Assembly (NCBI GenBank): GCA_016181965.1
Contig: JACOYH010000003.1
Location: 65,013-129,012 of the forward strand
Length of the DNA stretch: 64,000 nt
Direction of reading: 5' to 3'
Origin: Candidatus Nealsonbacteria bacterium
GTDB taxonomy: Bacteria; Patescibacteriota; Minisyncoccia; Minisyncoccales; MHMH01
Made by a program: the position numbers and the translations under genes. Below are positions 8,713-16,988 of the stretch, in pieces; the first letter of the stretch is position 1; each line of letters opens with the position of its first letter. Under the pieces are notes generated by a model that did no database searches, was not told the DNA's origin, and saw nothing but the letters and a program-made list of their open reading frames with translations.

Positions 8713-9162
8713 ATGCAGCTTCACGAAATCGCGCCAAAACATAAAACACGAAGAAGGAAACGCGTTGGCCGGGGAGGTAAAAAGGGCACATATTCGGGCA
8801 GGGGAATGAAAGGCCAGAAGGCGAGAGCCGGCAGGCGGCTAAAACCCGCAATTCGTAGTATAATAAAGATGTACCCTAAATTGAGGGGCTACAGTTTTAA
8901 TCCGCTTACTAAAAAGCCCGTTATTGTTAATGTTGGTATTCTGGAGAAAGCATTTCAAGACGGCGAAACAGTCAGTCCGCAGACGCTGGTCGAAAAAAAT
9001 GCGGCGCGCAAAGCCGGCGGCCGTTTCCCTAAAATAAAAATTCTCGGAGACGGCAAGCTGACAAAGAAACTAATAATTGAAGGATGCGCTGTGTCAAAAG
9101 GGGCGAAGGAGATAATTGAGAAAGCAGGAGGTAAAGTGAAAATCAATGAAGTGGCTGAATAA
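8713..9162 (+). CDS. rplO: 50S ribosomal protein L15
   Basis: MQLHEI...RKRVGRGGKKGTYSGRGMKGQKARAG, as in uL15. It follows rpsE directly, with no rpmD between. Confidence 0.9.
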   Translation: MQLHEIAPKHKTRRRKRVGRGGKKGTYSGRGMKGQKARAGRRLKPAIRSIIKMYPKLRGYSFNPLTKKPVIVNVGILEKAFQDGETVSPQTLVEKNAARKAGGRFPKIKILGDGKLTKKLIIEGCAVSKGAKEIIEKAGGKVKINEVAE

Positions 9163-10426
9163 AATCATTCAAATATTTAAAATCAAAGAGCTGCGCAACA
9201 AAATCCTCTTTGTTTTTGGGGTTTTTGTTGTTTTCCGGCTAATGGCGGCTATCCCCATGCCCGGCATTGATACCGAAAATCTTCGGGCTTTCTTCGGTCA
9301 ATTCCAGGTTTTCGGCTTGCTAAACTTGTTTACCGGCGGCACTCTATCAAATCTCTCCATTGTCATGCTGGGTTTGGGGCCATATATCACGGCCGTAATT
9401 ATTATGCAGCTGTTGACCATGATTTTCCCCCCGCTAGAAAGGATGTATAAGGAAGAAGGCGAAGCGGGTAAGCAGAAATTCAACCAGTACGGCAGGATTT
9501 TAGCCGTTCCTTTGGCCATGCTCCAGGCATACGCCATGCTTAATCTTTTCCAAAGACAGGGTGCTATTGGCGAGCTCTCAGTCACTTTAATGCTCACCTC
9601 TTTGGTGACAGTGGCGGCCGGCTGTCTATTTTTAATGTGGCTTGGAGAATTGATTACCGAAAAAGGCATTGGCAACGGGGTCTCGCTTTTGATTTTTGCC
9701 GGCATCATTGCCCAAGTTCCCGCCAGCATAAGAGAAATAATCGTCAAATGGGATCCCTCGCAGATTCCAACATACTTATTATTCTTCGGCATGGCTGTGC
9801 TGATTGTTGCGGGAGTCGTTATGGTCAACGAGGCGAGGCGCAATATTCCCGTGTCGTATGCTAAAAGAGTCAGGGGAATGAAAATGTACGGCGGCGTTTC
9901 TACCTATTTGCCGCTCAATATTAATCCAGCCGGAGTGATTCCCATCATCTTTGCGCTTTCGCTGATGCTTTTTCCCGGCATGGTGGCAAACTTTTTGGCG
10001 GGAGCCGGCGGCACAGTCGGAAGCATCGCCCAAGCCGTGGGGGCTCTTTTTGAGAATCCATGGATTTACGGCGGCCTTTACTTCTTTTTAGTCGTTTTAT
10101 TTACTTATTTTTACACAGCCGTTACTTTTGATCCAAAAGCCATTGCCGAAAACTTGCAGAAAATGGGCGGCTTTGTGCCGGGTATTCGGCCCGGGGCCTC
10201 CACTGCCGGTTTCCTTTATTATATTTTAAATAGGGTCTTGCTTATCGGCGCTTTGTTCCTGGGGACGGTGGCAGTATTGCCGTCCGTCATATCGGGATTT
10301 ACCGGCGTCACTGGCTTTAGTTTCTTGATTGGCGGCACGGCCCTTTTGATTGTGGTATCTGTAACCCTGGAAACAATGCGGCAAATCAACGCCCAGCTGC
10401 AAATGAGAGAATACGAAAAATTTTAA
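9146..10426 (+). CDS. secY: Preprotein translocase subunit SecY
   Basis: 426-aa polytopic membrane protein with LRNKILFVFGVFVVFRL...GIGNGVSLLIFAGI in the canonical position after rplO. Confidence 0.95.
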   Translation: MKWLNKIIQIFKIKELRNKILFVFGVFVVFRLMAAIPMPGIDTENLRAFFGQFQVFGLLNLFTGGTLSNLSIVMLGLGPYITAVIIMQLLTMIFPPLERMYKEEGEAGKQKFNQYGRILAVPLAMLQAYAMLNLFQRQGAIGELSVTLMLTSLVTVAAGCLFLMWLGELITEKGIGNGVSLLIFAGIIAQVPASIREIIVKWDPSQIPTYLLFFGMAVLIVAGVVMVNEARRNIPVSYAKRVRGMKMYGGVSTYLPLNINPAGVIPIIFALSLMLFPGMVANFLAGAGGTVGSIAQAVGALFENPWIYGGLYFFLVVLFTYFYTAVTFDPKAIAENLQKMGGFVPGIRPGASTAGFLYYILNRVLLIGALFLGTVAVLPSVISGFTGVTGFSFLIGGTALLIVVSVTLETMRQINAQLQMREYEKF

Positions 10427-10430
10427 ACAC

Positions 10431-11123
10431 ATGGCGCAAAAAGTAATTATATTATTGGGACCTCCGGGAGCCGGCAAGGGAACGCAGGCCTCGCTTCTGT
10501 TTGATAAGCTCGGTTTTTATTATTTGGAAACCAGCAAGTTAATAGAAGCCAACGTTATGAGCGCCAAAGAGGGGGATTATGCGGAAGTGGGAGGAAAGAA
10601 GTATTATTTCTTAGATGAAAAAAAGCTTTGGGAGCAAGGAATTTTGTGCAGCCCTCCTTTTGTCAGTTTTTTGGTGAGGCAGAAAATAGAAGATTTAGCC
10701 AGCGACGGCAAGGGTATAATTATGGCCGGGTCGCCGCGTACCCTGCACGAGGGAGAAGACCAAGTACCGCTCCTAAAGAAGCTCTACGGCTCGGAAAATA
10801 TTAAAGTGGTTCTTATAGAAATCACTCCCGACCAGACCATTTGGCGCAATTCGCACCGCCGGATTTGCGAATTGATGCGCCACCCCATTCTTTTCTCTGA
10901 AGAAACAAGGGAATTAAGCCGTTGTCCATTAGACGGTTCGAAATTGGTGAGGAGAGAGGGTTTGGACGATCCTGAAACAATCAAAGTGCGGCTGAACGAA
11001 TATAAAGAAAGAACCCTGCCTTTGGTTGAATATTTCGAGAGAGAGGACTTGGCGGTGAAGAGGGTGGCGGGCAATCAAAGCGTAGAAGAAGTCCACAGGG
11101 ATATTTTACAAGTTATCCAATGA
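10431..11123 (+). CDS. adk: Adenylate kinase
   Basis: P-loop ILLGPPGAGKGTQA, in the position after secY. The protein is 230 aa. Confidence 0.85.
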   Translation: MAQKVIILLGPPGAGKGTQASLLFDKLGFYYLETSKLIEANVMSAKEGDYAEVGGKKYYFLDEKKLWEQGILCSPPFVSFLVRQKIEDLASDGKGIIMAGSPRTLHEGEDQVPLLKKLYGSENIKVVLIEITPDQTIWRNSHRRICELMRHPILFSEETRELSRCPLDGSKLVRREGLDDPETIKVRLNEYKERTLPLVEYFEREDLAVKRVAGNQSVEEVHRDILQVIQ

Positions 11124-11866
11124 TTACCCTTAAGACGCAGGAAGAAATTAAAATTATGGGCGAGGGGGGCAGGATATTGGCTGGCATTATACGCGATTTG
11201 GCTAAACGGGTGCGGCCGGGAATTGCCACCAATGAATTAAACAGGGCTGCTGAAGCCCTGATTTTTAATTCCGGAGGGAAGCCGTCATTTAAGGGTTACG
11301 ACGGATTTCCAGCTGTTTTGTGCGTTTCGGTCAACGACGAGATAGTTCACGGATTGCCCTCCGACAGGGTCTTACGGGCAGGAGACATTGTTTCCTTGGA
11401 CTTGGGCATGGAATATCGGGGCTATCATTCTGATATGGCGATTACCATTGCCGCGGGAAATATTTCTCCCCAAGCCCAAAAGCTTATTCAAGTAACTTAC
11501 GGGGCGTTGGAGGCGGGCCTGAAAGAGGTGAAGCCCGGAAATACTTTTGGAGATGTGGGCAGTGCCGTGCAGCAATTTATTGAGTCGCATGGTTTTGGCG
11601 TGGTGCAGGATTTGTGCGGCCACGGCATCGGAAAAAAACTCCACGAAGAACCCGAGGTTCTAAATTACGGAAAAAAAGGCGAGGGCCCGAAAATTCAAGA
11701 AGGTATGGTTTTTTGTCTGGAACCGATGGTGACAGCGGGCAGTTGGCAAATCAAACAAGCAAAAGACGGTTATGGCTTTAAGACCAAAGACGGTTCTTTG
11801 TCGGCCCACTTTGAGCATACAATAGCTGTAACTAAATCCGGCTTTCAGATTTTGACAAAAGAGTAG
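11120..11866 (+). CDS. map: Methionine aminopeptidase type I
   Basis: VCVSVNDEIVHGLP...DIVSLDLG...GHGIGKKLHEEP...FCLEPM...HFEHTI, the metal-ligand pattern of MetAP. Confidence 0.95.
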   Translation: MITLKTQEEIKIMGEGGRILAGIIRDLAKRVRPGIATNELNRAAEALIFNSGGKPSFKGYDGFPAVLCVSVNDEIVHGLPSDRVLRAGDIVSLDLGMEYRGYHSDMAITIAAGNISPQAQKLIQVTYGALEAGLKEVKPGNTFGDVGSAVQQFIESHGFGVVQDLCGHGIGKKLHEEPEVLNYGKKGEGPKIQEGMVFCLEPMVTAGSWQIKQAKDGYGFKTKDGSLSAHFEHTIAVTKSGFQILTKE

Positions 11867-11907
11867 AGATTTGTTAAAAAAAGTTATCAGACACTTGGGA
11901 GGAATAA

Positions 11908-12042
11908 ATGCTGGAGTCGGTGCTCGGTCTCATCCTTGTCCTCGCCGGTTTCGTCGGGATTGCGTTGGCCTGCAACTTCATTCTTTGGCACATTTACTGG
12001 CGTATTCTTAAACGCCGCAAAGATAACGGCGATGAGGACTAA
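11908..12042 (+). CDS. Candidate 44-aa single-pass membrane peptide (not in ORF track; below its length cut-off)
   Basis: GGGAGG lies 6 nt upstream of the ATG. It encodes MLESVLGLILVLAGFVGIALACNFILWHIYWRILKRRKDNGDED*. It is G+C-rich and followed by a terminator. Confidence 0.35.
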   Translation: MLESVLGLILVLAGFVGIALACNFILWHIYWRILKRRKDNGDED

Positions 12043-12052
12043 AAAGTTCCAA

Positions 12053-12085
12053 GGGACACATACCAAATAGTGTCCCTTTTGTTTT
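12053..12085 (+). terminator. Intrinsic terminator after the 44-aa ORF
   Basis: Stem GGGACA/TGTCCC with a 12-nt loop, then TTTTGTTTT. Confidence 0.55.
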
Positions 12086-12110
12086 ATTCGAGGTGTGCTA
12101 AAATAATTTA

Positions 12111-12845
12111 ATGTCAGAAATCTATCTTTCAGTAATTATTCCCGCTTATAACGAAGAGAAGCGTCTGCCTAAAACATTGGACGATATCAGCGCTTATTTG
12201 AAGCGACAAGATTATCAATCAGAAATTATTGTTGTTAACGGCGGTTCTACGGATAAAACGCCAGAAATCGTAAGAGATAAAATGCGGGGGATAGGCAATT
12301 TGCAATTGCTTGAGGCAAAAAACAGCGGCGGCAAGGGGGGAGCCGTGAAAGCCGGCATGCTTAAAGCGAGCGGAAAATTTCGACTTTTCACCGATGCGGA
12401 CAATTCTACCTCAGTTGAACAGATTGAAAAAATGTGGCCTGAATTTGAAAAGGGATATGGTGTCGTGATTGGCTCGCGAGATGTGAAGGGAGCGGTGCTT
12501 GACCCCCCCCAGCCGTGGCTGCGCAATGTATTCTTGGGCGAGGGCTTTAAAATTTATCGCAAGTTTGTGGTGGGTTTGTGGGATTTAGAGGACACCCAAT
12601 GCGGTTTCAAATGCTTCGGGGATGAAGTCGTGGAAAAGGTTTTTTCTAAAGCTATAATCAAGGGATTTGCTTTTGATCCAGAGATTTTGATTTTAGCCAA
12701 GAGAGCGGGCTATAAAATAAAAGAGGTGCCCGTGTATTGGAAAAACGATCCGGACAGTAAGGTGAGCCCGGCTAATGTTATTAAAATGGCCGTGGATTTA
12801 ATGAAAATAAGGTGGCATTTAATTTTAGGAAAATATGGCAGTTAA
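12111..12845 (+). CDS. Family 2 glycosyltransferase (dolichyl/polyprenyl-phosphate hexosyltransferase-like)
   Basis: LSVIIPAYNEEKRL...FTDADNS...DTQCGFK, typical GT2/DPM1-like motifs. Confidence 0.8.
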   Translation: MSEIYLSVIIPAYNEEKRLPKTLDDISAYLKRQDYQSEIIVVNGGSTDKTPEIVRDKMRGIGNLQLLEAKNSGGKGGAVKAGMLKASGKFRLFTDADNSTSVEQIEKMWPEFEKGYGVVIGSRDVKGAVLDPPQPWLRNVFLGEGFKIYRKFVVGLWDLEDTQCGFKCFGDEVVEKVFSKAIIKGFAFDPEILILAKRAGYKIKEVPVYWKNDPDSKVSPANVIKMAVDLMKIRWHLILGKYGS

Positions 12846-13869
12846 AAAGAAACATCATCATTTTCCGTCTGAATTAAGATCGGGCCCAATTTCCGAGGAT
12901 TGGGTAATTATAGCTACGGGCAGAGCCAAGAGACCGGAGACATTTAAGAAAGAAACAAAAACAGAATTTGTTGAAGATCCAAAAACTTGCCCCTTCTGCC
13001 ACATGGAGAAGGAGAAAGACAAGCTCATTTTGGTTTTCTCTAAGGGCAAGAAAACAGAGGTGTCGGACGACCTGGGTGGCTGGACGACTCTGGTTGCGCC
13101 CAACAAATATCCGGCTTTAATTTTTTCCCCCAGTTTGCATGCCGAAAAAGTCGGGCCGTACAAAAGAATGGATGGGGCCGGCTATCATGAAGTGGTAATT
13201 ACCAGAGACCACACGCGATCGATGGGCCAATTTTCAGTTGAGGAAGTCAAAGAAGTGATGGATGTTTATCACGAGAGATATTTGGATTTGATGAATGAGC
13301 CCTTTATCCAATATGTTTCAATTTTCCACAATCACGGCAAGGAAGCAGGCGCTTCTATTTATCATCCCCACTCCCAAATTATCGCGGCTCCGGTTATTGA
13401 CCCCGATTTAAACAGAGCTGTTTTGATTGCCCAAGAGCACTACAAAAAACATAAGCAAATTGTTTATAAAGAGATGAACGAATGGGAAATGAAGAATCCG
13501 GATAGAATTGTTTTTCAGAATAAAGAATTTTTAGTGCTCTGCCCCTTTGCATCCAAGGCCGCTTTTGAAATGATAATTTCGCCCAAAAGGCATTTGCCGT
13601 ATTTTGAAAGAACGACAAACGAGGAGCGAAAATATTTAGCGGAGGCCATGCAGGCCGCTCTTTCAAAACTCTATAAAGGGTTAAACAATCCGGCCTATAA
13701 TTTTTATTTGCATACTGCGCCTTGCGATGGAAAGGATTACTATTTTTATCAGTGGCATTTCACGATTATCCCCAAGACAGCTGCTATAGCCGGCTTTGAA
13801 CTGGCGACCGGCATAGAAATTTCCACCATTGAGCCGGAAGTGGCAGCCGAATTTTTAAGAAAACAATGA
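12835..13869 (+). CDS. galT: Galactose-1-phosphate uridylyltransferase-like (HIT superfamily) nucleotidyltransferase
   Basis: CPFCHME zinc motif and the active-site HPHSQ (His-Pro-His) motif. The protein is 344 aa. Confidence 0.7.
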   Translation: MAVKKKHHHFPSELRSGPISEDWVIIATGRAKRPETFKKETKTEFVEDPKTCPFCHMEKEKDKLILVFSKGKKTEVSDDLGGWTTLVAPNKYPALIFSPSLHAEKVGPYKRMDGAGYHEVVITRDHTRSMGQFSVEEVKEVMDVYHERYLDLMNEPFIQYVSIFHNHGKEAGASIYHPHSQIIAAPVIDPDLNRAVLIAQEHYKKHKQIVYKEMNEWEMKNPDRIVFQNKEFLVLCPFASKAAFEMIISPKRHLPYFERTTNEERKYLAEAMQAALSKLYKGLNNPAYNFYLHTAPCDGKDYYFYQWHFTIIPKTAAIAGFELATGIEISTIEPEVAAEFLRKQ

Positions 13870-14333
13870 TTTTAACCCCAGAAATAAAAACTATTCTTGT
13901 AGCCGCAACGCCTATTTTTGAGTTAAGGGGGGCCATTCCGTTGGCGCTCGGCGTGTATAAACTATCCTTTTGGTCGGCCTATGGACTTGCCGTAATGGGC
14001 AATGTTATTCCGGTTTTTTTTATTCTTTGGTTACTGGAAACGGTCAGTAATTTTCTTAGTAGGCATTTCTATTTTTTTAACAGATTTTTTGCCTGGCTTT
14101 TTGAGAGAACCAGGGACCACCACAAACATAGTTTCGAGAGATGGGAAACCCTTGCCTTGGTCATATTGGTGGCTATTCCTTTGCCGCTGACCGGAGCTTG
14201 GACAGGAGCATTGGCTGCTTTCGTATTCGGCATACCAGCTAAGAAGGCCTTCTTATTAATTACCGCCGGAGTGATGATTGCGGGCGCGATAGTGACGCTG
14301 GCAACTTTGGGAATTATTAATTTATTTATATGA
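13866..14333 (+). CDS. Small membrane protein (small multidrug export / COG2426-like)
   Basis: 155 aa with 4 hydrophobic helices. PIFELRGAIPLAL...PLPLTGAWTGAL resembles that family from memory. Confidence 0.5.
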   Translation: MILTPEIKTILVAATPIFELRGAIPLALGVYKLSFWSAYGLAVMGNVIPVFFILWLLETVSNFLSRHFYFFNRFFAWLFERTRDHHKHSFERWETLALVILVAIPLPLTGAWTGALAAFVFGIPAKKAFLLITAGVMIAGAIVTLATLGIINLFI

Positions 14334-14998
14334 AGCCATTAATTGTTGCCAATTGGAAGTGCAATCCGGCCTCTCTTAAAGAGGGAAGAGAAATTTTAAA
14401 TGTTATAGCAAAAGATATTGAAAGTCAGCAAAATGTCGAGGCAGTGATTTGCCCGCCTTTTGTGTATTTAGATATCTTAAAAATGGAATACGGGGGATTG
14501 GTTTTCGGGTCGCAGGATTGTTTTTGGGAAGATGGGGGACCATATACTGGCGAGATTTCCCCCTCGATGCTCAAAAAATTGGGGGTTGAGTATGTTATCG
14601 TTGGGCATTCAGAAAGAAGAAAATACCACAAGGAAACAGATGAAATAATCGCCAAGAAAGTCAAAGCGGCCCTTGATGTTGGCTTGAAGCCGATTTTGTG
14701 CGTTGATAGGATTTCGCAAATTCCAGAAGACAGCCAACATTTGATTATCGCTTTTGAGCCGCTTTCTGCCGTAGGCACGGGCCGGCCGTACGAAGTTCAC
14801 GAAGCGGCAAAGATGTATTCGAGTATTCGGCAAATTTCCGGAGAGGAAACCGTGATTTTATACGGCGGCAGTGTTAATCCAATAAATGCCAGCTCGTACA
14901 TTAAGGAGGCCGGTTTTCAGGGTTTGCTCGTCGGCGGCGCTTCTCTTCGACCGAAAGAGTTTATTGACATTGTGAAGGCGGCGTGTTATTCTGAATAG
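14330..14998 (+). CDS. tpiA: Triosephosphate isomerase
   Basis: VANWKCN, VIVGHSERR, AFEPLSAVGTG and YGGSV motifs. Confidence 0.9.
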   Translation: MKPLIVANWKCNPASLKEGREILNVIAKDIESQQNVEAVICPPFVYLDILKMEYGGLVFGSQDCFWEDGGPYTGEISPSMLKKLGVEYVIVGHSERRKYHKETDEIIAKKVKAALDVGLKPILCVDRISQIPEDSQHLIIAFEPLSAVGTGRPYEVHEAAKMYSSIRQISGEETVILYGGSVNPINASSYIKEAGFQGLLVGGASLRPKEFIDIVKAACYSE

Positions 14999-15005
14999 AA
15001 TTTTT

Positions 15006-15518
15006 ATGGCTGATATATTCAATAACGGGTATTTTTTTAATCCCACATGCGGGAATTTGACTTTGGAGGGCGTGCTGGAGGAGATCTTCCGCCATATGAG
15101 GCAAAAGCCCGATAGGACTTACGACATCATTGTCGGCTGCGACTCTTCTTCGTCCGAAGAGCCGAATTTTCCTGTGGCTATAGTTATTCTGCGCCAGAAT
15201 GAGGGCGGCAGATTTTTCTTAAAGAAAATAAAATATTCCAGCGACCGCAAGTTTTTTGGCTGGAGACAGAGAATCCAAAACGAAGTTCTCCTATCTATCG
15301 AGCTGGCTCTTCTCTTGAAAGAAAAACTGGCGGAGGCGTCAGCTAATAGCGAAGGCCTTCATTATCAGTTGAGGTACATTCACGCTGATGTGGGCGAAAA
15401 CGGCGTGACCAAAGATATGATAAAAGAGGTGGTGGGGTTGATTAAGGGCAACGGTTTTGAGCCAAAAATAAAACCCGAATCATTCGTTGCCTCCACCTTA
15501 GCCGATCGTTATGCGTAA
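15006..15518 (+). CDS. RNase H-fold protein of the YkuK/DUF458 type
   Basis: YDIIVGCDSS...IHADVGENG...PESFVASTLADR resembles DUF458 proteins. This is recognition only. Confidence 0.45.
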   Translation: MADIFNNGYFFNPTCGNLTLEGVLEEIFRHMRQKPDRTYDIIVGCDSSSSEEPNFPVAIVILRQNEGGRFFLKKIKYSSDRKFFGWRQRIQNEVLLSIELALLLKEKLAEASANSEGLHYQLRYIHADVGENGVTKDMIKEVVGLIKGNGFEPKIKPESFVASTLADRYA

Positions 15519-16560
15519 AAAGAGGGTTGTTGTTGCTATGTCTGGCGGAGTGGATAGTTCGGTTGCCGCGGCCCTGCTTAAAAAGCAGGGTTTTGATGTC
15601 ATAGGAGTTTTTATGCGTTTTTGGCTTGCCCGCCGAAGCCTTGGCGAAGGCGGGGATGGATACAACCGATGCTGTTCGCCGGAAGCAGAAGAGCGGGCGA
15701 GGCAGGTTGCCCGAATTTTGGGTATTCCATTTTATGTTTTTGACTTCAGAAAGGAATTTAAGAAAGAAGTCGTCGATTATTTTATAAGGGAATATAGAGC
15801 AGGCCGCACGCCAAATCCCTGCGTTGTTTGCAACAAAGAAATAAAGTTCGGACTTTTGCTGAGAAGGGCTCTTGCTATGGAAGCCGACTTTATTGCAACC
15901 GGTCATTACATCCGACTGAACAGAGGAAGAATTTTCGAAGCAAAAGATAGACAGAAAGATCAGTCGTATTTTTTGTGGCAGCTTTCTAAAAAAGAGTTGC
16001 GCCGATGCCTGTTTCCATTGGGCGGCTATACTAAGACAGAAGTTAGGCAATTAGCCAAAAGATTTAAGCTGCCGGTGGCTTCAACTCCCGATTCGCAAGA
16101 AGTTTGTTTTGTTCAAACAGATATCACTGATTTTTTCAAAAGATATATTAAGCAAAAATCCGGCAAAATCGTGGATGTTACGGGTAGGGTCTTGGGCCAG
16201 CATAGGGGATTGGCTGTTTATACTATTGGCCAGAGGAAGGGTATGGAATTGCCGCAAGGCCCATATTGGGTCGTTGGAAAGGATACCAAGAAAAATGTTT
16301 TGGTTGTCACCAATAACGAAGATGATTTACTGCAAAAAGAGCTTACCTTCGAAAATGCTAATTGGATTGCAGGACAGCCGCCGAAATTTCCGGCCAAGGT
16401 AAGGGCAAAAATCAGGTATCGTTCGCAGCCGGCTCCAGCCACGATTTATGAAAATCAGAGAATGGTTTTCCAAAAGCCGCAAAGAGCCGTAACCCCGGGT
16501 CAGTCCGCGGTCTGTTATAAAGGCCCCGAGCTTTTGGGAGGAGGTGTTATTTGCTCTTGA
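15511..16560 (+). CDS. mnmA: tRNA-specific 2-thiouridylase
   Basis: VVVAMSGGVDSSVAA PP-loop, TPNPCVVCNKEIKF and DQSYFL motifs. Confidence 0.9.
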   Translation: MRKKRVVVAMSGGVDSSVAAALLKKQGFDVIGVFMRFWLARRSLGEGGDGYNRCCSPEAEERARQVARILGIPFYVFDFRKEFKKEVVDYFIREYRAGRTPNPCVVCNKEIKFGLLLRRALAMEADFIATGHYIRLNRGRIFEAKDRQKDQSYFLWQLSKKELRRCLFPLGGYTKTEVRQLAKRFKLPVASTPDSQEVCFVQTDITDFFKRYIKQKSGKIVDVTGRVLGQHRGLAVYTIGQRKGMELPQGPYWVVGKDTKKNVLVVTNNEDDLLQKELTFENANWIAGQPPKFPAKVRAKIRYRSQPAPATIYENQRMVFQKPQRAVTPGQSAVCYKGPELLGGGVICS

Positions 16561-16584
16561 CAAATCCTATAAATATAGTATAAT
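16557..16584 (+). promoter_or_regulatory. Consensus sigma70-like promoter
   Basis: TTGACA (16557-16562, overlapping the mnmA stop), 16-nt spacer, TATAAT (16579-16584). Confidence 0.55.
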
Positions 16585-16590
16585 GTAGGT

Positions 16591-16859
16591 ATCAAGATTT
16601 GTTGGGAGGATCATTTCCAATGAACGCCGCGACATGCGCTCGTCTATCCACCGTAGTGCGGACGACGGAACGCCAGAGTCGAGCAATCGGCAATGGCGAC
16701 ATCAAGCAGGCCCTTGATCCCCGAGCAATCGGGGAAAGAGGGCAATACGACGGCCTGCCCCGGCCATCGTATGTAAAGGAAGGGGCGAGGGTCTGGCGTT
16801 TCTAACGCCAGCCCACCAACTAGAGCCCGTGCTTTTCAAAAGTGCGGGCTTTTCTTTTT
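16591..16859 (+). ncRNA. Unclassified G+C-rich structured transcript (candidate sRNA, or mRNA of a 61-aa ORF at 16620-16805)
   Basis: It lies between a consensus promoter and an intrinsic terminator. There are at least 5 hairpins, including two CGA-GCAA-UCG GNRA hairpins (16680-16690, 16722-16732). I counted 63% G+C over 16621-16680. Confidence 0.4.
16825..16859 (+). terminator. Intrinsic terminator of the 16.6-kb unit
   Basis: 8-bp stem GCCCGTGC/GTGCGGGC with a 9-nt loop, then CTTTTCTTTTT. Confidence 0.6.
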
Positions 16860-16880
16860 GGTAAAAATAAGCACAAGAGT

Positions 16881-16909
16881 AATGAGTCGAGAACCGTTCT
16901 CGACTCATT
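16881..16909. repeat. Perfect palindrome with 14-nt arms
   Basis: AATGAGTCGAGAAC-C-GTTCTCGACTCATT. Confidence 0.8.
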
Positions 16910-16922
16910 TTGATGATGAGGT

Positions 16923-16947
16923 GATCGTTTTTTACGATCCCGCTAAT
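16923..16947. repeat. Degenerate copy of palindromic repeat family B
   Basis: GATCGTTTTTTACGATCCCGCTAAT shares ACGATCCCGCTAAT with 29567-29589 and 62930-62983. Confidence 0.6.
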
Positions 16948-16988
16948 GCGCTTTTGATTTTAGAAAGTAATTTTGATAATATGCAGTA

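Noticed and set aside
9298-9843. 181-aa minus-strand ORF
   Set aside because: It is antisense to secY, a shadow of a strongly supported gene.
15442-16050. 202-aa minus-strand ORF
   Set aside because: It is antisense to mnmA, whose PP-loop and catalytic motifs are unambiguous.
16591-16859. Identification as RNase P RNA, tmRNA, SRP RNA, 6S RNA or an alaS T-box leader
   Set aside because: I found none of the diagnostic sequences. There is no GGAAAGUCC P4 sequence, no T-arm with an ACCA 3' end, no GGAAGCAGCC-type helix 8 and no GGUGGUACCGCG-type T-box sequence. The terminator lies 130 nt from the alaS ATG. I therefore left it unclassified.
16702-16908. 68-aa minus-strand ORF inside the 16.6-kb G+C island
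   Set aside because: It runs against the promoter and terminator orientation, has no SD, and extends through the plus-strand terminator. It is open only because the region is G+C-rich.
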